DNA from: Chrysomallon squamiferum
Taxonomy: Eukaryota > Animalia > Mollusca
Assembly (NCBI GenBank): GCA_012295275.1
Contig: CM022665.1
Coordinates: 8,866,001-8,930,000 of the forward strand
Reading direction: 5' to 3'
Length of the DNA stretch: 64,000 nucleotides
Under the pieces are notes generated by a model, which was given only the letters and a program-made list of their open reading frames with translations, was not told the origin of the DNA and ran no database searches. Numbering within the stretch: position 1 is the first letter of the stretch; each line of letters begins with the position of its first letter. The translations under genes were made by a program, and so were the position numbers. Positions 53,274 through 64,000 of this stretch are shown here, in pieces.

Positions 53274-54819
53274 ATGGAGGACTTACAGTCAACAGAAGAG
53301 GTAAGCATAATAAAACAAAAAAAGACCACTTACGTTATGAATTGTCTGTAAATGTCTTGGCGAAAACTCCTTGATGATGACCTATTCAGTTGAAATAAGT
53401 ATGCATCGTTTTTTTTTTCTAACACTATTCGACTGACTTCATGGTTAAAGTAACGGTCAGAGTGAGTCTTTGTCAAGAATGTAGTATAAAATTGATTTGG
53501 AAAAGAAATGTTTTCAGAATTTAAACGTTTATTTTCATATTTTTTTAGAATAGCTATATTAACAGATTTGAAACTGAAGAAAAAAATCATATAAAATGTA
53601 TTCCTTTTATCATTTATTACAACACAAGTTTTAGGGTAGACGAAAAAAAAAAAAAAAATGTTCTTGTTACATATAAAGAGTGATAGACATAAAATGAAAA
53701 TTGGCAGAGTAATACTGGCATATTTCACTGAATGTAAGATCATAAGATGTATATTTTAAATGTTCCTGATTATATCATGTTCATTAACTGTTTGAGTGTT
53801 TCAATACGGATTTCAGATCGATGGTTATTTTAAAAACAATATTTTTCTTTTTCAGACATCATTTGTCATTGATGAAGTTACAAATATTATTAAAGAGGTT
53901 GGTGAATTTTGATAATAAATTACATATTGATATATTTTTAAACATCCTGTCACCTTGTGAGATTAATACTTATATCAAGTATATTTTATTTTATATCTAT
54001 AAATTATAAAATTATGATATATGCAAATTGAAAAATTGCAAAATGTTTTGGCTATCATAAAATACTTTGGTTTCAGTCAAACAAATGCAGAAAATAATAA
54101 TTAGTATGCACACTTGTACTGAATCAACTGTATTAACATATTACATATCTTTTTCAGGCTATTGAGGGAGCAATTGGAGGCAATGCATACCAGCACAACA
54201 AAGTAAATCCATGGACTTCAAATGTTGTGGAGCAGTGTTTAAACCAGCTAACAAAATTAGGAAAACCTTTTAAATATATTGGTAAGAGGTGGAACGTTTG
54301 TTTTTAAAACCATTATGAATTTTACAGATAAAAATATCAGATTTTAAAAAATCCTTGGTGTTTTCCCTAAGGTATTAATGTATCTAAAATGTGTTGCTAC
54401 TGTCTTCTCAAAATCTTTCATTTTGTTGCATCATTTAACTTACAATGTTGAATGATGAATATTTAGATTTGATTTTCTCTCTATGTATGGAATTACTGCT
54501 TGAAATATTTCTGTTAAATGTTTTTTCTAGTGACATGTGTCATCATGCAGAAAAATGGTGCTGGTCTCCACACAGCTAGTTCTTGTTACTGGGATAATAC
54601 AACTGATGGTGAGTTACCATTATTTTTATTACAGAAGTACAGTAAGTAAATATATACAAAATGTTCATTAATGAATATCAGATTTCTCCTTGTATTACTT
54701 AGTATGTTTTACTATAATTATTACAGCTTGTATTTTTCACATTTTCAGGAAGCTGCACTGTCAGGTGGGAAAACAAAACCATGTTCTGCATTGTGAGTGT
54801 CTTTGGACTTGCAATATAA
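53274..54819 (+). CDS. DYNLT1: Dynein light chain Tctex-type 1
   Basis: Exons 53274-53300, 53856-53897, 54158-54281, 54531-54608, 54749-54819 (113 aa): [17 protein letters not shown]...[15 protein letters not shown]...[57 protein letters not shown]. Absent from the ORF track. Confidence 0.97.
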
Positions 54820-57299
54820 AGAACAAATTATAATAATACTTTCACAGTCTGATCTATCCTGAACATTTCCTGACAACAAAAAGCCATCAATTGATGGGAA
54901 GAATGAATTAAGAGGCAGTATTTATATCTGAAGAATGGATTTTTGTACCATTGAATTTTATCAACAGTTTAACTAATTAAATGTGGTAATTGTATTACAT
55001 CTAAAAATAAATATTAATTTTTGTAAACATACATTTGAATATATCTGAAAAAGCTTGGTCAGGTTTATGTATGTCACAGAGCTTGTATTCATTACTTATT
55101 GGCTAGCTTCAGATTATTTTTAAAAAATTGCAACATCAGTGTTTTAAATTATATCAGATTACAGGGGAAAACAATTTAAAAGAAATTATATCTTTACATT
55201 CCACTGGTGGTAATGGAAGAGGTGTGTTATTTATGCTTATTTGTTTTATTTTGGTCAAAGAAGATTTATATTTTATTTCAAAGTTAAAATACATATGTTC
55301 ACTTTAATAAAATAAATTTTAGTTACACTGAATATAATCTGCTGGTTCAATAGGTAAAGAGACATTTATGCAATAGACTTAAAATATATTGCCCAGATAA
55401 TATTTCATTCTTCATTCAGTTAAGAACAACTTGATAATTTGCTTTAAAATACAGGGAGAGTTATGGGCTATATCAGATGTGTGCATATTTAATATTTAAA
55501 TATTTATTGTCTTTCCTTTTACTTTGTATTTTATTTTAGCATCTTTCTATTCTTATTTCTGTTGTATGAAATTTAGTTTTGTAGTGCATAATGCAAAATG
55601 TAGAGTTCTGGTCAACTTTCTCATGCAATTACTAAAACAGAAGTAGAAATTATTAACTTTTTAAACATTCATTAGAATATTTTAGACAAAAATAAAATGG
55701 TTAATGGTTTTCTCTTACTATTTTATCTATTGAATTTTGTTTCATCATTTATAACTGTATTGTTCTGTAAATAAATCTTTGGTGAATTGGGTTGCCAAAT
55801 GTTTGTACATAGTAATATATTTGTTTTATCTGTGTATTAGCTAAAAATCACTATAATTTCAACAGCTTTTGTGTCTTAATTACTGCTAAAAAAAAAATTT
55901 CACAACATGAAATGTATTGCAAATTGTACTTTGTTTGGATTGAGAAAATAAAAGGCATTAAAAATTAAAGCTTCCACTGGTTGTGTTTGTTTTGTTATAT
56001 GTTTTAAAGCAATATATTTTAATAACAGTCATTAAATATTCAAGGCAGTGAGAATATTAATACAAGTGATTTTCAGCATTCATGCAGCTAAAGTTGTTAT
56101 TCTGTTTTGTTTACAAAAATGTATAAACATTGGTTGCCTTTTCCATTTCACTTGTCAAATATAAACAGAGAGATGACAGCTTTGTTGATATCTGGCAAAG
56201 ATGTATCAGAGATACAGAAGACCCTACTTGCTGATTAGTGAACAATACATTTTTTCATTAAGGCAACAGAAAATCCATCTTTTTATCAAAGAGAATGCTG
56301 CACAAAATTAATTTGAATATAATGTGTAATGGAAATATCACTGAATAAAAAAAAATTTCACATATTTTGGAGTAACTATATTCGTTACTTTCAGGTGATG
56401 CTATAGCATTTAAGGTGACTTCTAAAAGCTCAAATAAACTTTTTATACCAAAATGCAAGGAAGTTCAACCTTAAAAGTTTTAGTCTTGGCAATGATTCAA
56501 TGTTGTTTTGAAGGGGAGATTACAATTATCATAAAATAACTTCATTAGATACATGTTACATTCTCCACCAAAAAAGCATGTTGGATATAATGAGTTTGAG
56601 TGTGCGTTTTTAATATAACATTTAGCATATATATTTATTTTTGTAATGAAACTGCTATTCAGCTAATATCTATTAGTGTCTATGAATATGAATTATGCAT
56701 TACTAAAATATATTTGCATGTTCTGTTGTAGGTTGTCCTGCATCTTTTTTTCTTTTTTTTTTGTACAAGAGGACCACACTGAAAATAAGTGTATGGCAGT
56801 GTGCTTTTATGTTATCCTCTGTAATTTTCTTATATATTATTTTGTTTATCATGCATCATGTTTTTCATTTTACCAAATAAATTCAGCTCAAAATAACTTG
56901 ATGATAACAAACATTGTCTAAGTATCATTATTTGTTTGATCTTATAATTATTAGCACACACACATTTTTTTAAAATCTGACATTTATTTTGCTTAAGTGT
57001 CCGTATTGTCATTGTTATTCGTATCAAATGTCTCAGACTTGTGGTTGCATTTATTAAACATGTCTTTTTAGAAAAGCTAACAGTGTTGTTTGGTGTTTCC
57101 TTTTCAGTATATTTAATCTGTGTTTCTGAGTTTGCCTAGTCTTGGTATCCATATCCCTTCCACTATATGTGACAGCATCTTCTCTAAGGTTTACACAGAA
57201 CTATTGGCTTCTAGAAGAGTAACTATGATTACTATTAGTATTAAAAACTTATTTAAATAATAATAAAAAAATAAAAAATAAAGGTTATTTAATTAATAA

Positions 57300-57426
57300 G
57301 TGTAGTTACTATAAGGCAAGAGAGTTATCTCCCGTGATTACTTCCGCTTTGGCACATGTTTCAAATAAAAGCGTGAAATCGTAATTGGAAAATAATATAT
57401 TTTAGATTTCTGATTTCACTTTAAAT
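57300..57426 (+). promoter_or_regulatory. POLR1C proximal promoter
   Basis: CpG-containing patch with ETS-like ACTTCCG near 57340, directly upstream of the ATG. Confidence 0.4.
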
Positions 57427-61910
<4,484 letters not shown>

Positions 61911-62967
61911 AATGAACGTCAGTAGATTTGTGTTCTGAACTGGAAACTATTCTCATCAGCATTAATCCCAATGTAGTGTTTTAAAACCTTCAAAATAGTT
62001 AATTTCAGCACTACTTTTGAAATATCAAATTTACAGAGAGCATGCTACAAAGCAGTATGTTTAATTCATTATTAGATTTAAAAATTGAACTGTTAAATAT
62101 TTATGGCTTATTTATTTTTTCATTTTCAGATTGTTTTCATGGTGCTGCAAATTTATTTCACAAAGCTTTAATTATCTATCATAAAGATATTTGCTCTTGC
62201 CCATCTTAAAATAAAAAGGAAAAGGAAGTGAAAATGCAGAATGAATAAAATTACAGAGGCATTTTATGTTTTCTCTTTAGTTTAATTATAAATTATTTTT
62301 TCAAGAAAAAATTATCCCTGTCAAAATTTTGCTTCTTTACTTAGCTCAATACTGTTTTTCAAAAATATTAAATATTGACCTATGCTTAACCCAACAACAG
62401 AGAAAAACTTTAAAATCCAACATATATTTATTGCATCTTTCCAGTAAAACACAGTTCTAAATAAAAAAACAATAATATACACATGTACTTATGGTTACAT
62501 ACATTGTTTTTATATTGTATACCCCAACATACATTTTCAATGATTCCCAGCAAAAACAGTTTTAAATAAATAACATTAATATAATGTAAGGTTTTATATT
62601 GTGTACCCTCAGATAACTCAGATCCATTGACTGTGCGTTTTAAATAATTAAGAATACCCACACACATATTAATGAGACATCACTTCTTGTTTAGTGAAAC
62701 ATTTTTTAATTTTTTTTTGAAAAAACAAAGTTGGATTTCTAATATCAACTGTTTTTACTCAAAAAATATCCACGAATTAACAGATTTGCCACATTTATTA
62801 CTTTTGTGGCTCATTTAAAAAATAATGTTATTTTATATTAAGAATTTGTGTAACATGTTCAAACAATTGCAAATAAAATACTATCACAGTTTATGCTATT
62901 TTGGTAATGGATATACATTTTTATGAGTGAAGGATTTTGCACTGTATTAAAACTACTTGTCAGTTTA

Positions 62968-63981
62968 TTATAGAGATTCATCTGCCTCTGCTGTAGCTAT
63001 GGCTATGGCTATGACTTTCTGTTTAATATCTACATACTGTTCATCTGACAGTTGTACAGAAGCTATGATATTGTCTGCAAGCTCATCTGACATTGCTTCA
63101 TAAGCCTTGCTCTCTGAAAAAAGTATTTGTTAAATACATTATTTTCATACAGACATATTAAAGACTAATGATAAAACTTTTTAATTACAGCATTTAAATA
63201 TCCAAACACACACATAAATGTACAGGAAATATATATATTTTTAATTAAGATTGATGAAATTGTTTGTTTACTAAAACTCTGGGTATTTAATAATAAATTT
63301 ATAAGAATTTTAATTATGATAATGAAACATTACCTTTTACAGGTAAATGGCCACCAAGTTCTATGCATGCAACATTGAATTCTTCAAATGTTTTTTGTCC
63401 TACAAACTTTTTTCTTGGCCATAAATATATTCTGACTGTTTTGTTTGTGCTTGATCTTGCAGCACCAAAAACTGTCCCCCGATTTATGAACATGTTGTGA
63501 GCAATTTCATGTTCTTGAAAGAAGCTGGTGATCTTAAACATTAACCTAAAATAATATTTAAAAAAATTAAGTTTTTGGTAATGAAGGCAGAATGAAAGGA
63601 ACACATTTCCACTGCATTACAAAGTCAGATTTCAAATTAAAACGAATAAAAAGTTTTAGATTACCTAAAAGAGCCTGATCATTGTTTTCTACATATCATT
63701 ATACAAAATATGTCAAAAGATTTGAAATTGAATGGAACTAAATGGATGGCAATCTGAAATGAACTTAATTATTATTTTAAAGCCATCAGGTTTTTAAATC
63801 TGTCTTTATTTATGATAACAAATGTACACTATTGATTTATACTGAATAAATGAAAGTTGATTTGCGATGCAAACACAAACCTGGAAATTTCGTCTGGTGA
63901 TGATCCATGCAACTGAAATGCAAAACCAGGTACTGGCATTGCTAGAATCTCATAAAGATTTTTTGCCAGTTGTGTCACATT
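62968..63981 (-). CDS. GDPGP1: GDP-D-glucose phosphorylase 1 (VTC2 family), 3' exons; the gene continues beyond the window
   Basis: Exons 63881-63981, 63334-63545 and 62968-63113 are in phase: PVPGFAFQ...IAHNMFINRG...VRIYLWPRK...FNVACIELGGHLPVK, matching the GDPGP1 C-terminal motifs HNLFVTRG and FNVALCELAGHLPVK. Confidence 0.88.
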
Positions 63982-64000
63982 CTGAAAACAACCATATTAA

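Noticed and set aside
53330-53743. 137-aa antisense ORF within DYNLT1 intron 1
   Set aside because: Low-complexity F/I/K/N-rich translation of AT-rich intron with a non-ATG start and no recognisable domain.

Overview
Very AT-rich, intron-dense animal genomic DNA. The organism is probably an invertebrate of lophotrochozoan/mollusc type, which is inferred and cannot be proven from this window. I reconstructed eight spliced protein genes by hand. In order they are: a GALNT2-subfamily polypeptide GalNAc-transferase homolog (-, 5' end unresolved), SIAE (+), MRPS6 (-), ATP5PO/OSCP (+), EFCAB6 (+), DYNLT1 (+), POLR1C (+) and the 3' part of GDPGP1 (-). Mobile DNA comprises an internally deleted Buster-type hAT transposon with intact TIRs and an 8-bp TSD between MRPS6 and ATP5PO, a Tigger/pogo-like MITE and a decayed RTE-type LINE fragment. 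The most notable observation is the GALNT homolog. It keeps an intact 14-exon frame and its lectin domain but has lost several donor- and Mn-binding motifs (DxH>NSH, AGGLF>SGEIF, WGGEN>SGVDN, RVGH>RVGL), so it is a probable pseudoenzyme. It sits head-to-head with the glycan esterase SIAE across a CpG-rich promoter built from a triplicated motif. MRPS6 and ATP5PO are also head-to-head, as their human orthologs are. Most short ORFs in the supplied track are intronic noise or exons read through into introns.
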